DNA of 64,000 nt. Source: Bacilli bacterium (lineage in GTDB: Bacteria > Bacillota_I > Bacilli_A > ML615J-28 > CAG-313). Every line of letters begins with the position of its first letter. Position 1 is the stretch's first letter. A model generated the notes under the pieces. It made no database searches and was not told the DNA's origin. It was given only the letters and a program-made list of their open reading frames with translations. This document shows, in pieces, positions 38,078 through 48,323 of this stretch. A program made the position numbers and the translations under genes. The stretch covers positions 91,748 through 155,747 of the forward strand of contig JAZSNL010000030.1 in the NCBI GenBank assembly GCA_045536365.1. Reading direction: 5' to 3'.

Positions 38078-38518
38078 ATGGAAATCAGTAAAAAACAAGT
38101 TATACAATTATTAGAAGTATTTAGACAACAATCATATGATGAATTATTAGTAATAGCAGCTACATCTGCATCTAAATTATTACCAGTTTTTCAAAGAGTA
38201 ACAGGTAGTACTCAAGAAGGGATGACATGTTTAATTTTATTTATTGGAACTAGTCTTGCTTCAGATGGCAAATTATCAGAATTAGAAGCTAAGTTTGTAA
38301 GTGATTTGTTAGGTGTATCTGAAAATCAAATTAATACTTTAGTTGAAAGTATGAAAGAAAATACTACATATGTAGAAGTTGTTGATAAAATATTTGATGC
38401 GTGTATGTATGAATTAGCAGATGAGTTATTAAAATTCTGTTGTTGTATACTTGCAATAGATAAAGATTTAGATGAAAAAGAAGTTAGATTTGTTAAAAAA
38501 CTTCTTGATTATGAATAA
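38078..38518 (+). CDS. TerB-like protein (paralog 1 of 6)
   Basis: SLASDGKLSELEAKFVSDLL and AIDKDLDEKEVRFVKKLL pseudo-repeats. Confidence 0.7.
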   Translation: MEISKKQVIQLLEVFRQQSYDELLVIAATSASKLLPVFQRVTGSTQEGMTCLILFIGTSLASDGKLSELEAKFVSDLLGVSENQINTLVESMKENTTYVEVVDKIFDACMYELADELLKFCCCILAIDKDLDEKEVRFVKKLLDYE

Positions 38519-38608
38519 AAAATTTTATTTAAGCATTTCACTGCAATAAAAAAACAAAATATGTTATAATATGCATAATAGTATATTTTTATAAAAAGAG
38601 GTATCATT

Positions 38609-40051
38609 ATGGCTAATATTAAGTTTTTTAAAGAAGAAAATTTACCTTTAGAATTTCATAAAGTAAGAATAGTACAAAAATTACATTTATTACCAATTGA
38701 AAAAAGATTAGAAGCAATTAAACAAGCCGGTAATAATACATTTTTATTAAGAAATATTGATGTATATTTAGACATGTTAACTGATAGTGGAACAAATGCG
38801 ATGAGTGATCGTCAATTATCAGCAATGATGATTGCGGATGACTCATATGCAGGTAGTGAAACATATTATCGCTTAGAAAGAAAAGCGTTAGAATTTTTTA
38901 ATAAAAAATATTTTATCCCTGCTCACCAAGGAAGAGCATGTGAACATATTCTTGCACGCACACTAGTAAAACCTGGTGATGTTGTTCCTATGAATTATCA
39001 CTTTACTACTACTAAAACTCATATTTCATTAATGGGTGGACGTGTTGAAGAATTATATACTGAAGAAGCAGTTAAAACTACTAGTGATGTATTATTTAAA
39101 GGTAATATGGACTTAGATAAATTAGAAACAATGTTAAAAGGAAAAGAACATGTTCCATTTGTAAGAATTGAAATGGGGACTAATCTTATAGGTGGTCAAC
39201 CTGTAAGTTTAGAAAATGTTGAAGCTGTTTCTAAATTATGTAAAGAATATAATACTCCATTAATGATAGATGCTTCATTATTAACAGATAATGTTTACTT
39301 TAATAAAGTTAGAGAAGAAAAATGTAAAGATATGTCAATTCAAGAAATTGTTCATGCGATAAGTAATTGTGCTGATATTATTTACTTTTCTGCAAGAAAA
39401 CTAGGATCTGCTAAAGGCGGCGGTATCGTAGTTAATGATAAAAATTTATTTGATCAAATGAAAGTATTAATCCCAATTTATGAAGGTTTCTTAACATATG
39501 GTGGTATGTCTACAAGAGAAATGGAAGCTGTTACTATTGGTTTAGAAGAAGCTTTAGATATTGATATGATTTCTCATGGACCTGAATTTATTGAAGAATT
39601 TGGTAGATTACTACAAGGATATGGTATTCCTATTGTTACTCCTACAGGAGGTTTAGGTTTACACCTTAACGCCAGAGAGTTTGTAGGCCATATTCCTGCT
39701 GATCAATATCAATCTGCATCACTTGTTGCTGCAATATATTTAGTAAGTGGATGTCGTGGTATGGAACGTGGAACATTAAGTGAAGAAAGAAATCCTGATG
39801 GAAGTGAACATATTGCTGAATGTGAACTAGTTCGTTTAGCTTTACCTCGTAGAGTATTCACTTTATCACAAATCCGTTTTGTTGCTGATCGCCTTGCGTG
39901 GTTATATGAGAACAGACATTTAATTGGTGGTTTAAGATTCGTTGAAGAACCTGAAGTTATGAGATTCTTTATTGGAAGATTAGAACCAGTAAGTGATTGG
40001 CAAGAACAATTAATGAAAAAATTCAAAGAAGACTTCGGAGAAAGTCTATAA
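38609..40051 (+). CDS. tnaA: Tryptophanase-family PLP beta-eliminating lyase
   Basis: DMLTDSGTNAMS, DDSYAGS, HQGRACE, PLP-lysine motif YFSARK, RLALPRRVFT. Confidence 0.85.
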   Translation: MANIKFFKEENLPLEFHKVRIVQKLHLLPIEKRLEAIKQAGNNTFLLRNIDVYLDMLTDSGTNAMSDRQLSAMMIADDSYAGSETYYRLERKALEFFNKKYFIPAHQGRACEHILARTLVKPGDVVPMNYHFTTTKTHISLMGGRVEELYTEEAVKTTSDVLFKGNMDLDKLETMLKGKEHVPFVRIEMGTNLIGGQPVSLENVEAVSKLCKEYNTPLMIDASLLTDNVYFNKVREEKCKDMSIQEIVHAISNCADIIYFSARKLGSAKGGGIVVNDKNLFDQMKVLIPIYEGFLTYGGMSTREMEAVTIGLEEALDIDMISHGPEFIEEFGRLLQGYGIPIVTPTGGLGLHLNAREFVGHIPADQYQSASLVAAIYLVSGCRGMERGTLSEERNPDGSEHIAECELVRLALPRRVFTLSQIRFVADRLAWLYENRHLIGGLRFVEEPEVMRFFIGRLEPVSDWQEQLMKKFKEDFGESL

Positions 40052-40063
40052 TAGGAGAAACAT

Positions 40064-40483
40064 ATGGCATTAAGAGAATTATTACAAGAATTTGTAGATA
40101 AAAGCTATGAAGAATTAGTTAATTTAGCTACTTTTACTTTAGTAGAATTATGTAAAGAAATTGAAAAATTATCACCTGAACATGCAGAAATAAGTTCTAT
40201 GGTTGTATCTAGTTATTTAGCATCTAGTGTTGCAGCAGATGGTAAAATTACTGAGTTAGAAACTAAATTCTTAAATGAAATATTAAAAATGGATAGTGAA
40301 ATGACTGATTTCTTATTAGTATTAGGTAAAGACTCTAAACAAATTGAATTACTAGATCAATTATTTGATTCTGCACCTGACGATTTTAAAAAACTAGCAT
40401 TAGTATTCTGCTTATCTTTAATCGCAATTGATGAAACTATTAATCGTGATGAAGTTGCTTTTATTGAAAAATTATTAAATTAA
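40064..40483 (+). CDS. TerB-like protein (paralog 2)
   Basis: VAADGKITELETKFLNEIL / AIDETINRDEVAFIEKLL. Confidence 0.7.
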   Translation: MALRELLQEFVDKSYEELVNLATFTLVELCKEIEKLSPEHAEISSMVVSSYLASSVAADGKITELETKFLNEILKMDSEMTDFLLVLGKDSKQIELLDQLFDSAPDDFKKLALVFCLSLIAIDETINRDEVAFIEKLLN

Positions 40484-40495
40484 TAAGGAAAAAAT

Positions 40496-40912
40496 ATGAC
40501 AATTAACGAAGTATTAAAACGATTCGAAGAAAAGAGTTATGAAGAATTAGTTATAGTTGCAGAAGGAGCTTTAGCTAGTCTTTATACTGAATTAGAAAAA
40601 GTATCTGATAATGTTCAAATTGTTCCTCACGTAATTATTGGCTATCTAGCTGCTAGTGTTGCGGCAGATGGAAAATTATCGAATAAGGAAATGCAATTTT
40701 TAAAAGATGTGTTAGGTGTTGATAATGAAAAGGCAAATATAATATTATCACTTGGAAAAGATCCTCAACAAGTTGCTACTTTAGATTTATTATTTGATAT
40801 GGGTTCTAAGGAATTTAGAGAAATTGCTTTAGTATTTTGTTTATCTTTAATTTCGATTGATAAGGAAGTTAATCGTAAAGAAAGAGATTTTATAGAAAGA
40901 TTGGCAAATTAA
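40496..40912 (+). CDS. TerB-like protein (paralog 3)
   Basis: VAADGKLSNKEMQFLKDVL / SIDKEVNRKERDFIERL. Confidence 0.7.
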   Translation: MTINEVLKRFEEKSYEELVIVAEGALASLYTELEKVSDNVQIVPHVIIGYLAASVAADGKLSNKEMQFLKDVLGVDNEKANIILSLGKDPQQVATLDLLFDMGSKEFREIALVFCLSLISIDKEVNRKERDFIERLAN

Positions 40913-40913
40913 T

Positions 40914-41324
40914 ATGAGTTTAAAAACAGTAATTGAAGGTTATATTAACACTGAATATAATGAATTAGTTGGTACCGCAAAACTTTCTTTACAAGTTGTT
41001 TATCCACTTTTAAAGAATGTTTTTGAAGAACAAGCATCGTTTATTTTTATTTCATTCTTAGGTGCTGGTGTTGCGGCAGATGGTTCTTTTTCTGAAAAGG
41101 AAAAGAAGTTCTTAAAAGATGTTTTCAATTTTAATGATGATATAAATGAAGATATCTTTAAATTAGGATCAAATGAAGAAGTTGTTTCTTTAGTTGATAG
41201 AGTTTTTGATATTTTAGATGGTGAATCTAAAATAGCGTTATTAAACTTATGTTTATGTTTAATAGCAGTGGATAAAAATGTTGAATTAGTTGAAACAGAG
41301 TTTATCCAAAAATTATTAAATTAG
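40914..41324 (+). CDS. TerB-like protein (paralog 4)
   Basis: VAADGSFSEKEKKFLKDVF / AVDKNVELVETEFIQKLL. Confidence 0.7.
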   Translation: MSLKTVIEGYINTEYNELVGTAKLSLQVVYPLLKNVFEEQASFIFISFLGAGVAADGSFSEKEKKFLKDVFNFNDDINEDIFKLGSNEEVVSLVDRVFDILDGESKIALLNLCLCLIAVDKNVELVETEFIQKLLN

Positions 41325-41377
41325 GTAAAATGCGAAGAATCGCTTTTATATAAAAAAAACAAAAGGAGAAAATTAAA

Positions 41378-41794
41378 ATGGGTTTACAAGAAATTTTACA
41401 AGATTACGTTAATAAGGATTATCAAGAATTAGTTAGCTTAGCAGCTCAATCATTCGATGTATTATATCCTGCTTTCGTAGAAGCTTTCGGTAAAGACGAT
41501 GCTACATTAATGGTTGCTTCATTTATGGCTTCATCTTTATCAGCAGATGGTAGTTTATCTCAAAAAGAAATTCAATTCATCTGTGATTTATTAGGTGCAG
41601 ACGCTAGCTTTGCTCAAAATTTATACAACTTAGATGGTCAAGGTCAAGCTTCTGAATTAGCTGATAAAATCTTTGATTCAGTTCCTGAACAATTCAAATC
41701 TCATTTATTAAATTTATGCTTATGCTTCCTTGCATGTGATGAAACTATTTCACGTACAGAAGTTGCATTTATTGTTAGATTATTAGAACAATAA
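41378..41794 (+). CDS. TerB-like protein (paralog 5)
   Basis: LSADGSLSQKEIQFICDLL / ACDETISRTEVAFIVRLL. Confidence 0.7.
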   Translation: MGLQEILQDYVNKDYQELVSLAAQSFDVLYPAFVEAFGKDDATLMVASFMASSLSADGSLSQKEIQFICDLLGADASFAQNLYNLDGQGQASELADKIFDSVPEQFKSHLLNLCLCFLACDETISRTEVAFIVRLLEQ

Positions 41795-41802
41795 GATAAT
41801 AA

Positions 41803-42222
41803 ATGGATATCAAGATTCTACTTAATCAATATACTAATCTTTCATATGATGATTTAATTAAATCTTCTAAAGAATCATTAGAATACATTATTCCTCAATT
41901 AAAATTAGTATTAAATTCAGAAGAAGATGTATCGCAAGTATTAATATATTTTACGTCTGTATTATTGTCTGCGGATTCTACCGCAACTGAAAAAGAAATA
42001 ATGTTTTTATCTGATTTATTTTCTTTATCAAATGATGAAATTAAAGCTATGTATAAGATTGGTTTAGTTGATGAAATTACAATTGTTATTGATCATTTAT
42101 TTGATTCATTAAATCCTGGTTTAAAAACACATTTATTAAATTATTGTTTGTGTTTTATGGCCGTAGATGGAAATATTGATAATAAAGAAATAGCATTTGT
42201 TGAAAAATTAGTTTCTGAATAA
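41803..42222 (+). CDS. TerB-like protein (paralog 6)
   Basis: LSADSTATEKEIMFLSDLF / AVDGNIDNKEIAFVEKLV. Confidence 0.7.
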   Translation: MDIKILLNQYTNLSYDDLIKSSKESLEYIIPQLKLVLNSEEDVSQVLIYFTSVLLSADSTATEKEIMFLSDLFSLSNDEIKAMYKIGLVDEITIVIDHLFDSLNPGLKTHLLNYCLCFMAVDGNIDNKEIAFVEKLVSE

Positions 42223-42255
42223 AAAATGTATCAAGTTATACTTGATACTTTTTTT
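42223..42255 (+). terminator. Rho-independent terminator after the TerB-like array
   Basis: GTATCAAGT-t-ATACTTGATAC near-palindrome followed by Ts. Confidence 0.65.
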
Positions 42256-42321
42256 ATTATAAAAATATAAAAAAACAATAAATTATGATATACTAAAAAT
42301 ATATAACTAAAGGAGTCGATT

Positions 42322-45300
42322 ATGAAACTAGTCTTTGTATCATCAACATTTAAAGATATGCAATTTGAAAGAGATATGTTACATACCCATGTAATACCAC
42401 TTCTTGATTCAAAACTAACAAGATACGGTGAATCAGTAAGATTTGGTGATTTAAGATGGGGAGTAAATACAACTGAATATTCTGAAGAAGAAAGTTCAAA
42501 AAAAGTATTAAAAGTATGTCTTGATCAAATTGATGATTGTAAACCATATATGATTGTCTTTATCGGTGAAAGATATGGTTGGATTCCCTCACAAGATTTA
42601 ATTAAAAACGCCGCTATCTTAAAAGGAATAGATCATGTAGAAAATGACATTTCGGTTACCCAATTAGAAATTGAATATGGAGCTTTATTAAACCCTGACT
42701 ATGAAGGAAGAATATTATTCTATTTCCGTGAACTTGATAAAGAAGGAATGACTCCAGAAGAAAGAAAAATATATGAAGCTGAAAGCAGTCTTCATGAAGA
42801 AAAAATAAAAATCTTAAAAGAGAAAATATATAATTTATATCCTAATTATGTTAAAACATATCAAGCAAAATGGAATAAAGAAACTAAAAAAGTAGAAAAT
42901 TTAATTCCATTAATGGATCAAATAAAAGAAGATTTAGAAAAAATCTTTATTTCTGATATAGAACAATATAATTCACTTGACTGGCAAGAAAGAGCCTTAC
43001 TTGCAAGTCATGAATACTTTAAAGAAAAAGCTAAAGTATATGTAAATACTAAGACAATTCATACTAAAATAAAACAATTAAATCAAAGTGTTTCATTGTG
43101 GATGTCTCCTAATTCTCCTTGTTCATTTGAATACTATGTTGGTAAAGAAGGAACTGGTAAAACAACAAGAGTGGCATATGAATATATGAGTCACTATCAT
43201 AATTCAATTAATAAAAATGATGGTAAAATCCGTGTTGTTATTCCTTTCATTTATCAAATAGATGAATATACATCAGTTTTAGAAAATTTATATTATATTA
43301 TAATTTATCATTTAGAAAAAGCTTTAGGAATAAAACATAAAAAATATGATTATAAAGATCATAAATATTCTAATCCACCAGAAGCAGTAATTGATTATTT
43401 ATTATCATTAATTAAAAAAATAAAAAATAAAAATATTTTTGTTCAAGTAGTAATAGATAATATTAAAGTAAATGATTTCTTTACAACATTTAAAATAATG
43501 GAAGAAAAATTAAATAATTTTGAAAAGAAAACATTCTATGAAAATTTACCTATCTTTTTTACCTTTGGTATAAATGAAGAATATTTACCACCTAATACTC
43601 CATTTTTTGATATATCTGAATCATTTCCTTTAGATAAATTATATAAAGAAGAAATTGAAGAAATAATTTATAATATTTTAAAATTCTCAAGAAAAGAATT
43701 ATCAAAAAAAGTAATTAATCATTTATTATCAAAAGAACAAGCAAACGATCCATATTATTTATCACTTGTAATTAATCGATTATTAATGTTAGACTCTGAA
43801 GATTTCCAAAACATTAGAAATCTTGGAGATGGCATGGATGCGATAAACGAGTATATGATTATGATAGTAGATCAAGTAGGAGATAATGTTAAAGATATCA
43901 TTAAAGAAATAGTTAAAGAAACAGCACAAAGAATTGATTTTGATTATGTATGTAAATTCTTATCTGTAACTGTATATACAAATCTATGGTTAAAATTATC
44001 AGAATATGAAGATATCTTTAAATTTGCAAATTGGGAATATAATGAGTTAAATACTTCATTATTATTAAATAATTTAAAATATATCTTTGAAAAAAGAGAT
44101 AATAATTCAGAATATAAGATTACTAATAAAGAAGTATTAAAAGGAATAAAAGAATTTATTATTGAAAATAAATATGATTATGTATTAGATATTTTATTCA
44201 AATATTTAGATAAATTACCTAAGAATCATGAATTAAAAAATTATAGTTTACATTTTGCGATGTCAACTCATAATGGTAATTTTATTGCGGAATATTATTT
44301 AAAAAATACTAATATTGAAAAAATTAAAAAAGATGATTTAGAAACATATAAAATATATAGTGATTTTATTACAAAATTAGTAAAAGAAAAAGAATATGAT
44401 GTCTTAATTGATTTCTTTAAAACATTATGTAAGAAAAATGTTTCAGTTAGTCATTATTATTTATTATCAGCTTTAACTAAAAATAAATTAAATAAAGAAG
44501 AATACAAAGAATTTGTTGATTTCACTATCGATTTACATACATGGTTAGTTGAAAATAAACAAATTGATAATGAATTTAAAGATACAATCTTTATTTGGTT
44601 ACAACTATCTACATGTATTAATTTAGCAGAGTTAGAAACAATGATATCATTTGAAAGAGCTTTGATTATATATAACTATTGTAGTTTTAGTAAAAATAAA
44701 TTACCAAGAGAATTATTAGCAGAAGGATCAATTTTATTATTAAGAACAACATTAAGAAATATGAATGTTTTTGATAACTATGAAGTTGTTAAAAATTATT
44801 TTGAAGAAATGATTGATTTTAATGCTGAATCATTAGAAAAGGTTGTATTTAAAGATTATTATAAATATATAATTAAAGGCTATATTGCAAATTTAATTAA
44901 TAAATTAGCTTATAAAGTTAATGATGATATATATAAAAAATACCTTGCGGTATATGAAAGAACATTAAATAGTGGATGTAAGAATAATAGTTTTATTAAT
45001 ATGAATTCAATTGTTCAGGAAACATACGCAATAGGTTATTTCCATCATGCATATTTATATGTTAATTTTGATGATAGTGATTATTTAAAATCAATTATTA
45101 ATTATATTTATTCAGATAATGTATTACCATTATTAAATGATATTGATCAATGTATCTTTTCAGTAGAATATTATGATTATAAAAAAGAAGATGATGTTGA
45201 AAATATGTTATTTAGAGGATATAAAAAGACTTTGTTTTTAAATAATTATTATGATGGATATAAGAAAAATGTTTTTGTTATTATTTCAATGATTCTTGAA

Positions 45301-45819
45301 AGATTAAGTACACTTAATAGTGAAGTATTAGATGAAATATCTAATTCATTAGAAGAATTATTTATTCAAATTATTAATCATTATAATTTAGAATTTGAAA
45401 ATGGTAGTGATGAATTTATTTCTTCTGCCGCAATGGATAGTTTAGAATATTTTTCATATATAATTTCTCAATTATATTTATTTGATGAAACTGAAAGTAT
45501 TAAAAGAATATTAAATAATGTTTTAGTTTCTATTAATAATAGTTTAGAAGAATCTAATCCTTATATTAATATGATTCTTTATACTTTACTATATTCTTTC
45601 ACTGATTCTACAGATGAAGAAGACGAAGTGTATACTGATGAATTTGTGAAAAATTATGAGTTAATGGATAAAGAAAGTGATTTATATAAAAATTATAAAA
45701 AATTAATTAATGCGTGTTTATTATATATAACTGGTAGTGTTTCATTTGAAGAATATAATGAATATTTATATGAAATATATTGTTTGAAGTTTGATACTGA
45801 TAGAGTAGTTAATGGATAA
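42322..45819 (+). CDS. DUF4062-domain P-loop NTPase (NACHT/STAND-like), 1165 aa
   Basis: VFVSSTFKDMQFER, DLRWGV, FIGERYGWIP, SVTQLEIEYG (DUF4062); Walker A GKEGTGKT; Walker B VVIDN; long helical C-terminus. Confidence 0.82.
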   Translation: MKLVFVSSTFKDMQFERDMLHTHVIPLLDSKLTRYGESVRFGDLRWGVNTTEYSEEESSKKVLKVCLDQIDDCKPYMIVFIGERYGWIPSQDLIKNAAILKGIDHVENDISVTQLEIEYGALLNPDYEGRILFYFRELDKEGMTPEERKIYEAESSLHEEKIKILKEKIYNLYPNYVKTYQAKWNKETKKVENLIPLMDQIKEDLEKIFISDIEQYNSLDWQERALLASHEYFKEKAKVYVNTKTIHTKIKQLNQSVSLWMSPNSPCSFEYYVGKEGTGKTTRVAYEYMSHYHNSINKNDGKIRVVIPFIYQIDEYTSVLENLYYIIIYHLEKALGIKHKKYDYKDHKYSNPPEAVIDYLLSLIKKIKNKNIFVQVVIDNIKVNDFFTTFKIMEEKLNNFEKKTFYENLPIFFTFGINEEYLPPNTPFFDISESFPLDKLYKEEIEEIIYNILKFSRKELSKKVINHLLSKEQANDPYYLSLVINRLLMLDSEDFQNIRNLGDGMDAINEYMIMIVDQVGDNVKDIIKEIVKETAQRIDFDYVCKFLSVTVYTNLWLKLSEYEDIFKFANWEYNELNTSLLLNNLKYIFEKRDNNSEYKITNKEVLKGIKEFIIENKYDYVLDILFKYLDKLPKNHELKNYSLHFAMSTHNGNFIAEYYLKNTNIEKIKKDDLETYKIYSDFITKLVKEKEYDVLIDFFKTLCKKNVSVSHYYLLSALTKNKLNKEEYKEFVDFTIDLHTWLVENKQIDNEFKDTIFIWLQLSTCINLAELETMISFERALIIYNYCSFSKNKLPRELLAEGSILLLRTTLRNMNVFDNYEVVKNYFEEMIDFNAESLEKVVFKDYYKYIIKGYIANLINKLAYKVNDDIYKKYLAVYERTLNSGCKNNSFINMNSIVQETYAIGYFHHAYLYVNFDDSDYLKSIINYIYSDNVLPLLNDIDQCIFSVEYYDYKKEDDVENMLFRGYKKTLFLNNYYDGYKKNVFVIISMILERLSTLNSEVLDEISNSLEELFIQIINHYNLEFENGSDEFISSAAMDSLEYFSYIISQLYLFDETESIKRILNNVLVSINNSLEESNPYINMILYTLLYSFTDSTDEEDEVYTDEFVKNYELMDKESDLYKNYKKLINACLLYITGSVSFEEYNEYLYEIYCLKFDTDRVVNG

Positions 45820-45929
45820 TGATATTAACTTATAGTTGTTATTTTTAATATATTTGACTAAAACATTAAAATATAGTATAATATTAAGCAATATGTAATA
45901 AAGTAAAAAAAGGAGTTGAAGTTTGTTAT

Positions 45930-46961
45930 ATGTTGACGTCGTTAAGTGATCCTGCCGGGCCTTTGTCCTGGTTAGTAATTGTAGGTTTAGTTTTTTTATC
46001 TGCATTCTTTTCTGGTTGTGAAGTTGTGTATAATTACGCAAACAGATATAAAATTAAAATTTGGGCAGATGACGGTAAAAAATCAGCTAAGCTTGCGATA
46101 AAAGTAATAGAGATGATTGATAATACGGTTATTGCAATATTAATAGGTAATAATATTGTAAATATCGCATCTTCTATTCTTGCATCTACGCTATTAATAG
46201 CGTTAATAGGTCCATATGGATCTGTAGTTTCTACAATATGTTTAACTATTGTAATTTTTATATTTGGTGAAATATTACCAAAGAATATTGCGAGGGCAAA
46301 TGCTAATAAATTAGCATTGGTTTTATCTTATCCAATATTCTTTTTAATGATTGTTTTTACACCTTTAACATTGGTATTTAAATTTATTGTTTTTGTTGTT
46401 TCAAAAATGTTTAGATTAAAGGAAAATACAGAAGAAGTTTTAACAGAAGATGATTTCCAAGATATCATTGAAAAGATTAGTGATGATGGAATTATTGATG
46501 AAGATGAAGGTGAAATCATTATAGCAGCGATAGACTGGGGAGATACTTTAGTTGGTGAAGTGTTAACTAAAAGATCTGATATTGTTGCGATAGATATTAA
46601 AAATTGTAATGAAAAATATATTAATGAGTTTATTGTTGAAAACTCATATTCTCGTATTCCGGTATATGAAGGTTCAATTAATAATATTATTGGAATATTA
46701 CATGTTCGTATGTATCTAAAGGAATTATTTAATAATAAAAAAGTAAACATAAAAGACATTCTTTTAAAACCATATATAGTAAGTCCTAAAATTAAGATTG
46801 ATGAAATCTTTGAAGGATTTAAGGAACATCAAACTCATATTGCAATTGTAAAAGAAAAGAATAGAACAATTGGTATGGTTACGATGAAAGATATTTTAGA
46901 GGAATTAGTTTCAAATATTGACGAAGCTAACACTTCTGATGAAGAAGGGGGTGCTGAGTAA
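45930..46961 (+). CDS. CNNM/DUF21-CBS (hemolysin-III/TlyC-like) transporter
   Basis: SAFFSGCE, ILIGNNIVN, FGEILPK, YSRIPVY, CBS pair. Confidence 0.9.
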   Translation: MLTSLSDPAGPLSWLVIVGLVFLSAFFSGCEVVYNYANRYKIKIWADDGKKSAKLAIKVIEMIDNTVIAILIGNNIVNIASSILASTLLIALIGPYGSVVSTICLTIVIFIFGEILPKNIARANANKLALVLSYPIFFLMIVFTPLTLVFKFIVFVVSKMFRLKENTEEVLTEDDFQDIIEKISDDGIIDEDEGEIIIAAIDWGDTLVGEVLTKRSDIVAIDIKNCNEKYINEFIVENSYSRIPVYEGSINNIIGILHVRMYLKELFNNKKVNIKDILLKPYIVSPKIKIDEIFEGFKEHQTHIAIVKEKNRTIGMVTMKDILEELVSNIDEANTSDEEGGAE

Positions 46962-48238
46962 TGCCAAGTTGGGGAATTATTGCAATAATAGCAATTGTTT
47001 TATTAGTAGCATTATCTGCGTTCTTTTCAGGAACAGAAACAGTTTTTGCAAATGTCAATAAGATTAAATTAGAAAAACTTGCAAAAGAGGGTAATAAAAA
47101 AGCAGATCTTGCTAATAAATTAGCAAATAATTATCCTTCTTTAATTTCAACTATTTTAATTGGTAATAACTTAGTTAATACTGCAGCGGCTACAATAGCT
47201 GGTGTATTATGTACAGCGATATGGCAAGATAAAGGTGATGTTATCGCATTGTTTGGTATGACTTTAGTTGTATTAATATTTGGTGAAATTTTACCTAAAA
47301 ATATTACCGCAAAATATAGTAATTCATTATCATTAATTCTTGCAGTACCTATTAAATTATGTGAATTAATTTTTAAACCAATTGTTTTTGTTATAACAAA
47401 AGCAATTGATAAATTATCACCTATTTGGACTCCTAAAGAAGAGGATGAAGAAACTGTAACAGGTGAAGAATTAATAAACATGATTGAAGAAATTGAAGAA
47501 CAAGGTTTTATTGATGATGATACAAGTGAACTTGTTCAATCAGCGATTGAATTCAAAGATACAACTGCTCACGAAATAATGACACCAAGAGTTGATATTT
47601 TTGCTTATAACTTAGAAGATGATATTAATGAATTAATTCATTCAGAAGGTTTATTTGATTTTGCAAGAGTAATAGTTTATGAAGAATCAATTGATAATAT
47701 TAAAGGATTCATTTCAACAAGAAAATTATTAACATTAAAATTAGAAAATAAAGAAATTAATTTAGATGAATTAATAACACCTGTTATTTTAGTTCATAAA
47801 ACTAAATCAATAAGTGATTTACTTACAACATTTAAAGAAACAAAAACTCATATTGCAGTTGTTGTTGATGAATACGGAGGCACTTTAGGTATCGTTACAT
47901 TAGAAGATATTTTAGAGGAAATCGTTGGTGAAATCTGGGATGAAACAGATGAAATCGAAGAAGAGTATGTTGAAAAATCAGATACAGAATTTATTATTGA
48001 TGGTGATATGAATATCTATGATATGTTTGAACTTATCGGATTAGATGAAGAATTAGTTGAATCTGATTATGAAACAGTAGGTGGATGGTGTACGGAAATT
48101 TTAGATGATTTCCCTAAGGAAAATGATACTTTTGAATTTAGAAATTTAAAAGTTACTATTTTAAAAGTTGATGGAGTTCGTGTTGAAAATATTAGAGTTG
48201 AAGTAATTAACTCTGAAGACGAAGAAAAAGAAGAATAA
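46961..48238 (+). CDS. CNNM/DUF21-CBS-CorC_HlyC transporter
   Basis: SAFFSGTE, FGEILPK, IMTPRVD, VVDEYGGTLGIVTLEDILEEIVGEIWDETD. Confidence 0.92.
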   Translation: MPSWGIIAIIAIVLLVALSAFFSGTETVFANVNKIKLEKLAKEGNKKADLANKLANNYPSLISTILIGNNLVNTAAATIAGVLCTAIWQDKGDVIALFGMTLVVLIFGEILPKNITAKYSNSLSLILAVPIKLCELIFKPIVFVITKAIDKLSPIWTPKEEDEETVTGEELINMIEEIEEQGFIDDDTSELVQSAIEFKDTTAHEIMTPRVDIFAYNLEDDINELIHSEGLFDFARVIVYEESIDNIKGFISTRKLLTLKLENKEINLDELITPVILVHKTKSISDLLTTFKETKTHIAVVVDEYGGTLGIVTLEDILEEIVGEIWDETDEIEEEYVEKSDTEFIIDGDMNIYDMFELIGLDEELVESDYETVGGWCTEILDDFPKENDTFEFRNLKVTILKVDGVRVENIRVEVINSEDEEKEE

Positions 48239-48323
48239 AAAAGGCATAATATTTATGCCTTTTGTTACTTTTCCCTTTGAAAATTTTAATAAATAAATAA
48301 AACTTTACGTAAGGAAAGAAAAT

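Noticed and set aside
38078-42222. Classical tellurite-resistance ter operon
   Set aside because: No TerA/TerC/TerD/TerZ homologs are present; only TerB-like proteins.
45930-48238. Tandem CNNM/CBS genes as a novel system
   Set aside because: Common housekeeping-type Mg/metal transport paralogs with nothing unusual beyond the shorter first copy.
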